DNA from: Candidatus Nomurabacteria bacterium | GTDB taxonomy: Bacteria > Patescibacteriota > Saccharimonadia > Saccharimonadales > JAGQNJ01 | Reading direction: 5' to 3' | DNA: 64,000 nt | Assembly: GCA_023898625.1 (NCBI GenBank) | Contig: CP060231.1 | Span: forward strand, 84,258 to 148,257 | The notes under the pieces: generated by a model | Databases searched by the model: none | What the model was told of the DNA's origin: nothing | The model's input: only the letters and a program-made list of their open reading frames with translations | Position numbers and translations under genes: made by a program | In this document: positions 38,901 to 49,194 of the stretch, in pieces | Layout of the letters: each line of letters begins with the position of its first letter | Numbering within the stretch: position 1 is the stretch's first letter

Positions 38901-39362
38901 TTACTTTATGTCGGTTACTTTATAGGTTGTTATATCGTTTGGGGTTTGGATCTCTACCTCTTCTCCCACTTTTTTCCCAATCAAAGCTTTACCTATCGGA
39001 GACTCATCAGATATTTTGCCATTTAAGGGATCTGCCTCAACTGTACCAACTATCTGGAATTCTCTTTTTTTGCCATCTTCACTCTTAAGGGTGACGCTCG
39101 ATCCAAGCTGAACCTTACTGTCGCCTTTAGGCTTAGATATAATTTTTACATTTTGTAAAATATTCTCGAGTTCAGCAATGCGTCCTTCTGCCTGTTCTTG
39201 CTCCGATCTAGCTGATGCATATTCCGCATTTTCCGCCAAATCACCAAACTCTCTAGCAGTCTTAATACGCTCTGCCACTAGGCTACGTTCACTAATTAGC
39301 GTATCCAATTCTGCCTGTAATTCTGCAATACCTTCTTTGGTTAAATGAAACTGTTTTTTCAT
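38901..39362 (-). CDS. greA: Transcription elongation factor GreA
   Basis: 153 aa. Coiled-coil with the GDLAENAEYASAR acidic tip, plus a C-terminal FKBP-like domain. Confidence 0.93.
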   Translation of the reverse strand: MKKQFHLTKEGIAELQAELDTLISERSLVAERIKTAREFGDLAENAEYASARSEQEQAEGRIAELENILQNVKIISKPKGDSKVQLGSSVTLKSEDGKKREFQIVGTVEADPLNGKISDESPIGKALIGKKVGEEVEIQTPNDITTYKVTDIK

Positions 39363-39439
39363 AATATCCTCACTCTTCGTTTAATTATTAATAAGCTCTA
39401 GCCTGTTAGCTATTGGTGAGTCGCTGTATTATATCAACC

Positions 39440-40693
39440 TTATGCAATAGAATCTAGCACTTTGTTGATGTCTTTTTCTGAAATAATTTCTGCGTCTTCA
39501 CTTGTTCGCTGTTTGTACTCAATTACCTCATTAGCTAAAGTTTTTTCGCTAATAACAAATCTGTGTGGAACTCCTATCAAGTCTGCATCCGCGAACTTCT
39601 CTCCTGGGCGAATGTCTCGATCATCATATAGAACTTCAACTCCCATTTCTTGTAGTTGGCTATATAAACTATCTGCTCGCTTGACAACGTCAGGATGATT
39701 CCCAAGCCTACAAATTATCGCTCTGAATGGCGCAATATTATCCGGCCAAACTAATCCTCTGTCGTCAGACAATTTTTCAACTATCACACCCATAACCCTA
39801 GTGACGCCAATGCCATAGGATGCTAGATATAATGGCTTTTGATGACCGTCTTCATCCGTGAACATAACCTCCATTTGCTGTGATTTATCAACTCCAAAGT
39901 TAAAGATATTTCCAACTTCGGCACTTTTTGTTTTTTCTAACTCGCTTTTATCGATCCCTAGCTCTTTTACAGCATCATCAAGCACTTCCTCATTAACAGC
40001 AATATTCTTGGCACGATGGACATACAATACATCCTCGCCAGCGTCACATATTGTTTGAAATTCATGACTAAACTTCGTGAAAGCTCCTCCGCTTGCAAAA
40101 GTAACAAAGGTCGTATCACCAATACCTAGCCTACTAAAGATTCTCTCGTAAGCATCAGTAACTTTTTGGTAATATTTATCTAAATCGTCACCTGATGAAT
40201 GTACTGAGTACATATCCTTCATCAAAAACTCTCGCCCTCGCATTATTCCACTCTTTGCGCGAAGCTCATTGCGTAATTTAGTTTGGAATTGATAAACACT
40301 AACTGGCAAATCTTTATAGCTCTTAACATGTTGTTGCAACATCTTAAGAATTGGCTCTTCGTGCGACCAAGCAAGCCCAACCTCAGTCTGATCCTTAAGC
40401 TCTGTCTTAAACCAAACATCCACAACTTCATCATCCCATCGAGTAGTTGCTTCCCAAGTATCCTGGGGTTGAAGATTGGTCATTATTAACTCTTGTCCAT
40501 CAATCTTGTCCATCTCTTCACGAATTATTTGCTTGATATTTTCAAGAACTCTCAGGCCAAGTGGTAAATAAGCATACACTCCAGCCATTTCTTTGTGTAC
40601 ATAGCCCGCTCGTATTAATAGTTGGGCATTCTTTGCAGTTTCATCAGCTGGAGCGTTTTTTCGAGTCTTGGTAAATAGTTGGGAATATTTCAT
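39440..40693 (-). CDS. proS: Proline--tRNA ligase (short form without INS editing domain)
   Basis: 417 aa. The N-terminus reads MKYSQLFTKTRKNAPADETAKNAQLLIRAGYV, followed by class II motifs and a C-terminal anticodon-binding domain. Confidence 0.93.
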   Translation of the reverse strand: MKYSQLFTKTRKNAPADETAKNAQLLIRAGYVHKEMAGVYAYLPLGLRVLENIKQIIREEMDKIDGQELIMTNLQPQDTWEATTRWDDEVVDVWFKTELKDQTEVGLAWSHEEPILKMLQQHVKSYKDLPVSVYQFQTKLRNELRAKSGIMRGREFLMKDMYSVHSSGDDLDKYYQKVTDAYERIFSRLGIGDTTFVTFASGGAFTKFSHEFQTICDAGEDVLYVHRAKNIAVNEEVLDDAVKELGIDKSELEKTKSAEVGNIFNFGVDKSQQMEVMFTDEDGHQKPLYLASYGIGVTRVMGVIVEKLSDDRGLVWPDNIAPFRAIICRLGNHPDVVKRADSLYSQLQEMGVEVLYDDRDIRPGEKFADADLIGVPHRFVISEKTLANEVIEYKQRTSEDAEIISEKDINKVLDSIA

Positions 40694-40715
40694 TAATGTT
40701 GTCCGTTCTTTAATG

Positions 40716-41078
40716 TCACATTGATTGTACTATTTTAGATTGACTTGTTCCAGTTTGATAACGATTATCGTACATTATCCTTGAAACTGCTTGTCTACAT
40801 AAACGGATTTTCATACCGATAATTGCTCGTTCTTGAGCATTGCTATATAAATTAGCCAGCAAGTGATCATCGGCCTCAACAATAGCAAACGCAATCTCTT
40901 TTCGTAGCCCAGGCCTCTTATTGGTAGTCAAATCATTTATCATTTCATCAAATTCATGTTGATCTGAAATATCATCAATTAGCTCTTTTACTTTGATTTC
41001 TTCATAGACATCAAGTTCAAAATATTTGTCGATTTGTGTCCTAAGTATCTCTTCTGGATTTTCTGGCAATAGTTCCAT
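40716..41078 (-). CDS. Hypothetical protein
   Basis: 120 aa acidic helical ORF. No recognisable motif. Confidence 0.35.
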   Translation of the reverse strand: MELLPENPEEILRTQIDKYFELDVYEEIKVKELIDDISDQHEFDEMINDLTTNKRPGLRKEIAFAIVEADDHLLANLYSNAQERAIIGMKIRLCRQAVSRIMYDNRYQTGTSQSKIVQSM

Positions 41079-41153
41079 TTGTCACCTATCTTCCTTGGTT
41101 AGGTATTAGTAATTTACTTTAATTAATGATCTGTTTTCTATAAATCCGGCTCT

Positions 41154-41912
41154 CTACTTCATAAATATAAACAATAATGAAAAGGCAATCATATTTTTTA
41201 TGCCATGCAGTATCATTGAGGCTGCCAGTCTACCGGTCTTTTCGCGGAGATATACCAGAACTAACGACAACACAAAGGTGTCAATTGCCGCAATCCAGAG
41301 TAGTGGCGCATTACTCCCAAACTGAAGGTGTGCCGAAGCGAATACAATACTAGTAATTATTGCTGACGGAATAATTTTATATCGTGATCTAAGACCTGTA
41401 TATAAGTAGCCACGACACAAAGTTTCTTCAACTATAGGAGGGAGAATAACCAAGCTAATCCCTGCCAATACAAGATTTACCAAACCTTTGTTGGCCTCAA
41501 ATCCAAGTTGTTGTTGTTGATCAACATTTAGTGATGGAGAAATTTTTTTGGCAATTATTGTAGTCAGCATAAAAATTACCAGATAGCCAGCATACGCCAA
41601 TAATGCTTTGCCGACATCACTCATCTGTGGTTTGGACATGCCCACCGATTTAAGTGTCTGTCCTTTTTTGCGCAGGAACATACGAACCCCAAAAAGTATT
41701 AATAAATCAGCAGTAACGACATAAATAAATTGTAGTGACGTGTTAAGTGACTGGCTAGTTTCACCACCACTGAATTTTTGCACAAATATGACCACAAAAC
41801 TAGCAACAAATTGCGAAACAAAGAACAATGCTATCGTGTTAAAAATCAGTAAGATTGGATTATTTAATAGTTTGTATTGGTGAAGTTTGGCGTCATTGTT
41901 CGTTGCTTGCAT
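41154..41912 (-). CDS. CPBP family intramembrane glutamic endopeptidase (CAAX protease/Abi-like)
   Basis: 252 aa. EETLCRGYLY (EExxxR) and FASAHL motifs, multi-TM. Confidence 0.8.
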   Translation of the reverse strand: MQATNNDAKLHQYKLLNNPILLIFNTIALFFVSQFVASFVVIFVQKFSGGETSQSLNTSLQFIYVVTADLLILFGVRMFLRKKGQTLKSVGMSKPQMSDVGKALLAYAGYLVIFMLTTIIAKKISPSLNVDQQQQLGFEANKGLVNLVLAGISLVILPPIVEETLCRGYLYTGLRSRYKIIPSAIITSIVFASAHLQFGSNAPLLWIAAIDTFVLSLVLVYLREKTGRLAASMILHGIKNMIAFSLLFIFMK

Positions 41913-41914
41913 GA

Positions 41915-43039
41915 CTAAAAGAATCTTTTTACATCAACAACTGTTATCAGTACAAACAATAACATTAATACCGCAAACCCTATACCATGAATCATGTCTT
42001 CTGTTTTTGCGGTTAGTGGTTTACGCATTATCCTAAAGAGATATGTAACAAACAGCCGACCGCCATCTAGTGCAGGAATCGGCAAAACATTCATTATTGC
42101 AAGGGTCAATGATATCACAGCAATTATCATCAGAATAAACTGCAATCCTAACTTACTGCCCTCTTTGATTAAGACAAATACTCCTACCGGCCCAGATACC
42201 TGACTACTTGCCTTTTCGGTATCACCATGAAACAAACCAACTATAACAGAACCCAATCCTTTTAATGTAAGCTCCGTAAATTGCTTTGTTATGCCCACAC
42301 CTACTATTGGTGCCGACCAAGTAGATCTTTGCATAGTAAATTCTGTTGGTACAACACCTAAATATCCCTTTGGATTATCTGAGTTCTTGCTTGATTCAAC
42401 TTCCTCTGTAGTTCGTAATGTTGCCTTAGTTGTTTTTAATTCACCGTCTCGAACATAGGTAATCTCAACTGTTTTGCCTGAAAATTCATTTGTTATTTCT
42501 GGCAACGATTTCGCGTCAGGAATATCCCTTGATTCTTGCTCTTTAGTTATACCCAATAATTGATCCCTCTGTTGCAAGCCTGCTTTTGAAGCTGGAGAAT
42601 CTTCTTCAACGGCACCAACCAATACCTTATTACTAATAACATTCGTATCGTTTGCAACAGTAAATTGATTATCTACTAATTTTGGCATACCGATGATGGC
42701 GAGTAACGTAAACATAAGAATTGCAACTAGCAAATTCATTACTACACCTGCTCCGATTATCTTTGTCTTTGCCCAAAGACTTGCCGCTCCATAACTTCCT
42801 TTAGCTTTGTCTTCGTCGTGCTCACCCTTAAGCTTAACAAACCCCCCCAAAGGCAACCAGTTTATAGTAAATAGCATGCCGCTCTTCAGTTTCTTGCCCC
42901 ATGCTTGTGGAGGAAAGCCAATACCAAACTCCTCAACATCTACGCCGTTTCTTCGTGCCATAATAAAGTGTCCAAACTCGTGAACGACCACCAACATTAC
43001 AAATAAAACCAAACCCAATATTAATAGAAATACCGACAT
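41915..43039 (-). CDS. rseP: RIP metalloprotease RseP (M50 site-2 protease) with PDZ domain
   Basis: 374 aa. HEFGHF zinc motif in TM1, PDZ (SPASKAGLQQRDQLL), and a C-terminal NVLPIPALDGG region. Confidence 0.92.
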   Translation of the reverse strand: MSVFLLILGLVLFVMLVVVHEFGHFIMARRNGVDVEEFGIGFPPQAWGKKLKSGMLFTINWLPLGGFVKLKGEHDEDKAKGSYGAASLWAKTKIIGAGVVMNLLVAILMFTLLAIIGMPKLVDNQFTVANDTNVISNKVLVGAVEEDSPASKAGLQQRDQLLGITKEQESRDIPDAKSLPEITNEFSGKTVEITYVRDGELKTTKATLRTTEEVESSKNSDNPKGYLGVVPTEFTMQRSTWSAPIVGVGITKQFTELTLKGLGSVIVGLFHGDTEKASSQVSGPVGVFVLIKEGSKLGLQFILMIIAVISLTLAIMNVLPIPALDGGRLFVTYLFRIMRKPLTAKTEDMIHGIGFAVLMLLFVLITVVDVKRFF

Positions 43040-43738
43040 TTAACCCCCGAACCTCCTTTGTCTCATATTATATTGTTGCAATGCATCTTGAAAGTCATGA
43101 ACAGTATAGTCTGGCCAAAGCTTGTCTGAAAAAACCAGCTCCGCATAAGCAGATCGCCACAACATATACCCACTAAGCCTCTTTTCGCCAGAAGTGCGAA
43201 TTAATAGGTCTATATCAGGAATATCAGAAGCATACAAATTTTGTTCAAAAATTGACGTGTCTAGATCTTGGGCTTTTATGCCTTTATTAATGATGCTTTT
43301 GGTTGCGTCGATTATTTCTTGTTGACCACTGTAATCAAGGCAGATTATTAAGGTTCCTTTATCATTGTTCTTGGTTACTGATTCAGCTTTTTCAATAGCC
43401 TTTAAAACTTTTTTATTTAAACGATCTTTTCGACCAATTATTCTTATATTTATGCCGTATTTGTGAAAATCCTTTAAGTATTTTTCAACTGCTTTAATTA
43501 TTAACTGCATGAGATACGACACCTCTTCTTTGGTTCTAGCCCAATTTTCAGCAGAAAAAACGTATGCGCTTAAATATTGAACGCCGTTATCGAATGCGTA
43601 CAAGGCTACCTCTCTAAAGACTTCTGAACCCTGTCGGTGACCTTCTAGGGTAGGAATTCCTCTATTTTTCGCCCAACGGCGATTACCATCCAAAATCATG
43701 CCAACATGACTTGGTATTGATGACTTTTCCTCAACCAT
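43040..43738 (-). CDS. uppS: Undecaprenyl (isoprenyl) diphosphate synthase
   Basis: 232 aa. ILDGNRRWA, FSAENW, IRTSGEKRLSGYMLWRSAYAEL. Confidence 0.95.
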   Translation of the reverse strand: MVEEKSSIPSHVGMILDGNRRWAKNRGIPTLEGHRQGSEVFREVALYAFDNGVQYLSAYVFSAENWARTKEEVSYLMQLIIKAVEKYLKDFHKYGINIRIIGRKDRLNKKVLKAIEKAESVTKNNDKGTLIICLDYSGQQEIIDATKSIINKGIKAQDLDTSIFEQNLYASDIPDIDLLIRTSGEKRLSGYMLWRSAYAELVFSDKLWPDYTVHDFQDALQQYNMRQRRFGG

Positions 43739-43777
43739 TAACAGTTATTATACTTATAAAATACATCCGATGATAGT

Positions 43778-44341
43778 CTAGACAGTCATTATTTCTTGAA
43801 TTTTATTTTTCTCAATAACTTCTGCGTCTGTTTTTGCTTGAGCCATGGCCTCCTCTATCTTGGCAATTAAACGCTTCGCTTCATCTTCACCGATTGCTTT
43901 ATCCTTTTTTGCCTGATCAATAGCATCTATAGCTTCGTGCCTTATGCCACGGGTCACAATCAAGGCCTCTTCCAGTTTAGCGCTAACCTGTTTAGTTATC
44001 TCCCTACGTCGCTCTTCGGTTAATGGTGGGATAGGCACCCTAACGACTCGGCCGTCATCGCTCGGATTAAACCCTAGTGATTGATTTTCGCGAATGGCAT
44101 TACTGATAGCTTGAAGATTATTTGGGTCAAATGGAGTAATCTGCAACAATTGCGCCTCAGGAGCAGTTATATTTGCGACCTGGTTTAGTGGCATCGCTGT
44201 ACCGTAAGCATCTACCATAACTCCATCGAGCATAGCTGAATTCGCTCGACCGGTACGCACTTTTGAAAGTTCATCCTTGAACCTATCAACTGTCGCCGAA
44301 AGCTTTGTCTGAGTTTGTTTAACTATTTGCTGAACTTCCAT
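43778..44341 (-). CDS. frr: Ribosome recycling factor
   Basis: 187 aa. FKDELSKVRTGRANSAMLD, PPLTEERRREI. Confidence 0.95.
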   Translation of the reverse strand: MEVQQIVKQTQTKLSATVDRFKDELSKVRTGRANSAMLDGVMVDAYGTAMPLNQVANITAPEAQLLQITPFDPNNLQAISNAIRENQSLGFNPSDDGRVVRVPIPPLTEERRREITKQVSAKLEEALIVTRGIRHEAIDAIDQAKKDKAIGEDEAKRLIAKIEEAMAQAKTDAEVIEKNKIQEIMTV

Positions 44342-44413
44342 ATAATGCTCCTGTTATTTCATCTGTATTTTAGCAGATATCCAAAAAATTGTAATCTGTA
44401 CTAATGACCATTA

Positions 44414-45013
44414 TTACTCAACTTCGCCCAACTGAAAACGACTCATTCGCCTAACAACAATATTTTCTCCCAATTTAGCAATATGCTCTTTAACTAGCTG
44501 ACCGACTGTTTGATCAGGGTTCTTGATAAATGGCTGATCTAATAAGCACCTTTCAGCAAAATGCTTCTTCATCATTCCTTCCACAATTTTATCTAGCATT
44601 TCAGCCGGCTTGCCTTCTGACTTTGCTTTTTCGCTCAATTCAGCTTTAACCTTGTCCCGTTCTTGCACAGGAATATCATCTTCACTAATGTACTGAGGAG
44701 CACTAGCAGCTACATGCATACTAAGATCTTTAACTAGCTCTGTAAAAATTTCGTTTCTAGCCACAAAATCTGTCTCGCAGTTAACTTCAACTAAAACACC
44801 AATACGACTATCGTGGTTATATGTTCCGATCACCCCTGCGCGAGCTTCACGCTCTCCACGCTTTTCTGCTTTTGTTAACCCCTTTTTGCGCATCGCTTCA
44901 AGTGCCTTATCGAAATCTCCATCAGTTTCGACCAAAGCTTTCTTGGCATCAGTAATTCCAACGCCTGTAAGTTCACGTAATCGTTTAATATCGTCTATAG
45001 AAATATTCGCCAT
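44414..45013 (-). CDS. tsf: Translation elongation factor Ts (short form)
   Basis: The start is set at MANISIDDIKRLRELTGVGITDAKKAL (UBA-like N-terminus). The longer ORF start would overlap rpsB. Confidence 0.9.
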   Translation of the reverse strand: MANISIDDIKRLRELTGVGITDAKKALVETDGDFDKALEAMRKKGLTKAEKRGEREARAGVIGTYNHDSRIGVLVEVNCETDFVARNEIFTELVKDLSMHVAASAPQYISEDDIPVQERDKVKAELSEKAKSEGKPAEMLDKIVEGMMKKHFAERCLLDQPFIKNPDQTVGQLVKEHIAKLGENIVVRRMSRFQLGEVE

Positions 45014-45023
45014 TTTCTTCCCC

Positions 45024-45737
45024 CTATTTATCTTCATTTTGTTTAGTTGATGCCTTGCCAGATTCGATAGCTATCTTAAGATAATCCGCAACTAATTGAA
45101 GCGTTTTGATAGCATCATCGTTAGCCGGAATTGGATATGTTATATCTGTTGGATCAGCATTAGTGTCTGTGATCCCGACGATTGGAATACCTAGTTTATT
45201 AGCCTCTTTAACGGCATTGTGATCGGTCAATACATCGAATACAAAAACGACACCTGGTCTAATAGACATATTTTTTATTCCACCATAAAGATGATTCATG
45301 CCATCAATCTCTTCTTGGAATCTTTGTAGCTCCAACTTATTGTACTTAGAAGCTAGCTGGCCAGATTCCATTTTTTGTTCGAGATCCTTCAGATGCTTAA
45401 CCCGTCCACCAATAGTATTCTGATTTGTAAGCATGCCCCCTAGCCAACGCTCAGTTACGTAAGGCATTTTAGTTTCCTCTGCTAGATTCTTGGCTATATC
45501 ACGCGCTTGTCTCTTGGTGCCCACTATTAATACTTGCTTTCCTGAAGCTACGGTTTTCTCAACATACTTTAATGCATCTTCTAGCATTGTGACGGTTTTA
45601 GTTAAGTCAACAATGTATACTCCATCACGTTTTGAATGAATATATGGAGCCATCTTAGGATGCCATCGACTTGTCTTATGCCCAAAATGAGCACCGGCTT
45701 CTAATAATTTTTTAATGTCAACTTCTACGGTTGCCAT
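45024..45737 (-). CDS. rpsB: 30S ribosomal protein S2
   Basis: 237 aa. AGAHFGHKTSRWHPKM, TERWLGGMLTN. Confidence 0.96.
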   Translation of the reverse strand: MATVEVDIKKLLEAGAHFGHKTSRWHPKMAPYIHSKRDGVYIVDLTKTVTMLEDALKYVEKTVASGKQVLIVGTKRQARDIAKNLAEETKMPYVTERWLGGMLTNQNTIGGRVKHLKDLEQKMESGQLASKYNKLELQRFQEEIDGMNHLYGGIKNMSIRPGVVFVFDVLTDHNAVKEANKLGIPIVGITDTNADPTDITYPIPANDDAIKTLQLVADYLKIAIESGKASTKQNEDK

Positions 45738-45878
45738 GATTAATAAATCCTTTCTACTTCGGTAGAATCACGACCTATGTCACTCCTGCAAAGATATGAC
45801 CAGGAAGGATTATTGATTCTCCTGCTTACTTGATTGTAGGTTCATTATATCAACTATCGACATTTTTTCAATAGATAG

Positions 45879-45907
45879 TTGACCAATTTACCCTGTTAGG
45901 CTATACT
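45879..45907 (+). promoter_or_regulatory. Sigma-70-type promoter candidate for rpmE2 (TTGACC-17 nt-TATACT)
   Basis: TTGACC at 45879-45884, a 17-nt spacer, and TATACT at 45902-45907. The ATG lies at 45920, which implies a very short (about 5-7 nt) leader. Confidence 0.4.
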
Positions 45908-45919
45908 AACAATCTGATT

Positions 45920-46261
45920 ATGAAGAAAGACTTACATCCAAAGAATTATCGACCTGTTGTATTTCAAGATCTAAACGACAATACGACCTACTTAACTCGT
46001 TCTACAGTAGACGCCGAAGATACTATCAAAATTGACGGCAAAGAATACCCACTCGTAAAAGTACATATCTCAAGCTCTTCTCACCCGTTCTACACTGGAC
46101 AAGAAAAACTACTTGATATTGAGGGACGCGTTGATAAGTTTGAAGCACGGCGTAAAGCAGCCAAGAAAGCTCAAGAAGCTCGCAGTAAGGCTATAAGCAA
46201 GCAAATAGCGAAAAAACAGGCAAAAGAAGAAAAAGCCAAAGAGTCTTCGTCAACAAAGTAG
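45920..46261 (+). CDS. rpmE2: 50S ribosomal protein L31, type B (no zinc-binding Cys), with Lys/Ala-rich C-terminal extension
   Basis: 113 aa. [17 protein letters not shown]...[10 protein letters not shown] signature and absence of the CxxC pair. Confidence 0.9.
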   Translation: MKKDLHPKNYRPVVFQDLNDNTTYLTRSTVDAEDTIKIDGKEYPLVKVHISSSSHPFYTGQEKLLDIEGRVDKFEARRKAAKKAQEARSKAISKQIAKKQAKEEKAKESSSTK

Positions 46262-46329
46262 CCACAAAAGCTTTAGTGTGATCTATTTTTGAATCATCAC
46301 AATAGTTTAGTTATACTAAATCGTGTCAT

Positions 46330-47382
46330 ATGAACAATAAAGAACAATCCTTACGCGACGAACTTGCAGGCCTAAATGAACAGCTTAAAGATCCTGGCAT
46401 TTTTTCTGACTCAAAATACCCCAAAATTGCACGCAGGCAAAGCGAACTAGAATCAATTATCAACCTCTTCGATGAACGAAATCGCCTAGCAAACATCAAA
46501 CGTGACGCTCAAGAAATAATCGATGCAGGTGGCGAGCTTGCCGAACTAGCCAAAGAAGAGCTCCAAGAAACAGAATCGCAAATCATGGCCAACCAAGCAA
46601 AACTCACCGACGCCCTTTTGCCAAAAGACCCTAATAATGATCGTGATGCAATTTTAGAAATTCGTTCAGCGGCGGGTGGCGATGAGGCATCGCTTTTTAC
46701 GGGCGACCTATATAGGATGTATACCCGCTGGGCCGAAAATCATGGCTATAAGTTAGAGCTTATCAACGAAAGTCCTAGTGAAGCTGGAGGATTTAAAGAA
46801 ATCACTGTTGCCATTCGTGGGCAAAATGCTTACAAAAACTTTAAGTTTGAAGCGGGAGTACATCGAGTGCAAAGAATTCCAGTTACTGAAAGTCAAGGTC
46901 GCGTTCATACTTCAACGGCTACCGTTGCTGTTCTACCAGAAGCTGAAGAGAGTGATGTAGAAATTAAGCCCTCCGATCTTAGAATTGATGTTTATCGGTC
47001 AAGTGGGCATGGTGGTCAATCAGTCAATACCACCGATTCTGCGGTCAGAATCACTCACCTACCAACAGGACTAGTTGTAACTTGTCAGGACGAAAAATCA
47101 CAAATCAAAAATAAAGATAAGGCTTTAGGAGTCTTGCGTTCGCGACTACTCCAGCAAAAAATAGAAGACGAACAAAAACAGCTATCTGATGCTCGCAGAA
47201 AACTTATTGGTTCTGGTGATCGCAGTGAAAAAATTCGTACCTATAACTTTCCACAAGATAGGATAACCGACCACCGTATTGGTTACTCTCGTAGTAATCT
47301 ACCCAGTGCGCTTGATGGCAATATCGATGATATATTTGAGCAACTCCAAAAAGCTGAACACGAACTTTTACAAAAAGAGTAA
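46330..47382 (+). CDS. prfA: Peptide chain release factor 1
   Basis: 350 aa. PxT tripeptide (IPVTES), GGQ motif ([15 protein letters not shown]). Confidence 0.95.
   Translation: MNNKEQSLRDELAGLNEQLKDPGIFSDSKYPKIARRQSELESIINLFDERNRLANIKRDAQEIIDAGGELAELAKEELQETESQIMANQAKLTDALLPKDPNNDRDAILEIRSAAGGDEASLFTGDLYRMYTRWAENHGYKLELINESPSEAGGFKEITVAIRGQNAYKNFKFEAGVHRVQRIPVTESQGRVHTSTATVAVLPEAEESDVEIKPSDLRIDVYRSSGHGGQSVNTTDSAVRITHLPTGLVVTCQDEKSQIKNKDKALGVLRSRLLQQKIEDEQKQLSDARRKLIGSGDRSEKIRTYNFPQDRITDHRIGYSRSNLPSALDGNIDDIFEQLQKAEHELLQKE
47305..47370 (+). repeat. Left copy of a perfect 66-bp direct repeat (last 22 sense codons region of prfA)
   Basis: agtgcgcttgatggcaatatcgatgatatatttgagcaactccaaaaagctgaacacgaactttta is identical to 49098-49163 by manual comparison. 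Confidence 0.9.
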
Positions 47383-47883
47383 CTATATAACATTTTTGAT
47401 TGTTTTCGGACTGACAAAATACTTCTGCTAACGTACTCTTATTGCATAGATACAAAGTTGGTAATTTAAGCCCCTGTACCCCACTACAGTAGCTTAAATA
47501 TGGATTAACAAAATTAATACTAACTACATATCCCTCGTTTACTTTTCAACATCGATAAAATTCTGAATCATTATCGAGTGTTTAATTGTGGGCCATAATG
47601 CATTGTTAGTAACATATCTGATGATTGACAGATTGATTGATATTGTTTGCCTATTTCGCCAGAAAAACACGGTCACATAGCCTCGCTATATACTACTCAT
47701 TCTGCATGATGGCTATGCCACCTCACCAATCTCAAGTACACAATAGCTCACTCGATGTACTTAACAAGAACACTTTCGATATCTGGAAGATCCATTATCC
47801 CGCCTTCTACCTCACCATATATCACTATTGTTCGATATTAAATATATCCGAATCACAAAATGCAAAAGTATTCTACTCACAAG

Positions 47884-48606
47884 CTACATTATTATTCTAT
47901 TGTTGTTCTCTGGTTTGGGCTGAGCACCAGCAACACGCTTACCAATCGCTTCGGCAGTTTTTATTGCAGCTCTAGAACGTTGTTCTGCTAGAGGATGAGA
48001 ACTACCACTATATTCGAGGTTTCTTTCACGAATAACCTCACCTTCAGGACTAGTTGTTTTAAGATGTGTCCTAATAATTGGCTCACCATTTTTATCTGTG
48101 CCTAACTCTGTCTGTCGTGAAATAATATTGCCACTACTACCAGTTTTTGTCTCAGTAAACGTTGTGCGGTCAACGCCTGACTCAATTCTTGATGTACGCT
48201 GGTGCTGGCTATTGCTTATATCTGGGCGTTGTCCTAGAAACCCCTCTGATGGCGCAGAAGTTTGCACTGTTTCGGACGTCCTGGGACCGTCCGGAGAACC
48301 ACCATCTAGTAAAGAAGTCAAATCACCATTTTGCACATCTACAGCTGTTAAGGATTCTTTAACGGTAAAAGTACCGTCATCGTTTCTCTCCGAGGTTTCA
48401 GTGGCGCCATACTCCCTATTGCCAATTTGCGTAATTTCACCTCTCTCGGCTACAGCGTTAGTTGCATCAAACGTTGCCATCAAGGCGATATCTTCGAGTT
48501 GCTCTTTTGTATCCCTAGCAGTTTGGCTAAGATCTTGCTGTTGACCATTTTCTACATCAAAAGCTTCTTCTGCTTGATCTTGAGAAGGCATTGTTTCTAA
48601 ACTCAT
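47884..48606 (-). CDS. Hypothetical acidic, Ser/Thr/Gly/Glu-rich (likely disordered) protein inside the repeat-flanked insertion
   Basis: 240 aa. No TM, no recognisable domain. It is the only substantial ORF between the 66-bp repeats. Confidence 0.4.
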   Translation of the reverse strand: MSLETMPSQDQAEEAFDVENGQQQDLSQTARDTKEQLEDIALMATFDATNAVAERGEITQIGNREYGATETSERNDDGTFTVKESLTAVDVQNGDLTSLLDGGSPDGPRTSETVQTSAPSEGFLGQRPDISNSQHQRTSRIESGVDRTTFTETKTGSSGNIISRQTELGTDKNGEPIIRTHLKTTSPEGEVIRERNLEYSGSSHPLAEQRSRAAIKTAEAIGKRVAGAQPKPENNNRIIM

Positions 48607-49097
48607 TTAATTCTCCTTTTTAGATTTTTGTTTTTATTTACTTATTTTTAATACTACTTTTTGAGTGTAGCACACTCCGACCAAAAAATCAACACAATGT
48701 GGAGGTGGGTTCACTAAACTAAAGCGGAACAAGATGTTAAAGTAAGTAATGTCAACAAGCTTACAAAAGGAGGTCTTGTTCTGATGAACAGAATAGCGAG
48801 TTTGCCACGCAAGCGACAGTGTCAACTTCCCCAAATAACGAACTGGTTGCGTGATATTAAAAGGTTTTGAGTCAATCCCTACAGCTCTTGGTAACGCGGA
48901 TCCAATAAAAAAACAGCAACCGCCAACACAGAGCCTATCCTTCCAAGTGAGCCGACATATGTAAACTTACCCAAAAATGAGCTGAACAACATAATAACAC
49001 TAGAATTAAACAACAAGCCAAGACGCAGACCGAACTGGCGTACCCCACATGAAACCTGTGACCATCTTATAGCCACCCCAGTCAAACCGCTAGACTT

Positions 49098-49163
49098 AGT
49101 GCGCTTGATGGCAATATCGATGATATATTTGAGCAACTCCAAAAAGCTGAACACGAACTTTTA
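49098..49163 (+). repeat. Right copy of the perfect 66-bp direct repeat (orphan prfA 3' end, followed by alternative tail ...LLSEE*)
   Basis: Identical to 47305-47370. In the prfA-equivalent frame it reads [25 protein letters not shown], and that frame is closed by a TGA at 49059-49061 upstream. Confidence 0.9.
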
Positions 49164-49194
49164 AGCGAAGAATAAGCTAAGGCTACCCCAAACC

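Noticed and set aside
47637-47975. 112-aa plus-strand ORF in the 500-bp gap after prfA.
   Set aside because: It has odd composition (His/Tyr/Cys/Phe-rich) and no recognisable start signals. It overlaps the 3' end of the better-supported minus-strand ORF 47884-48606.
48634-49154. Track ORFs 48634-48834 and 48879-49154 within the prfA-associated insertion.
   Set aside because: They are short, hydrophobic or low-complexity, and have no RBS or start context. The second overlaps the orphan prfA 3' repeat antisense, so both are treated as non-coding.
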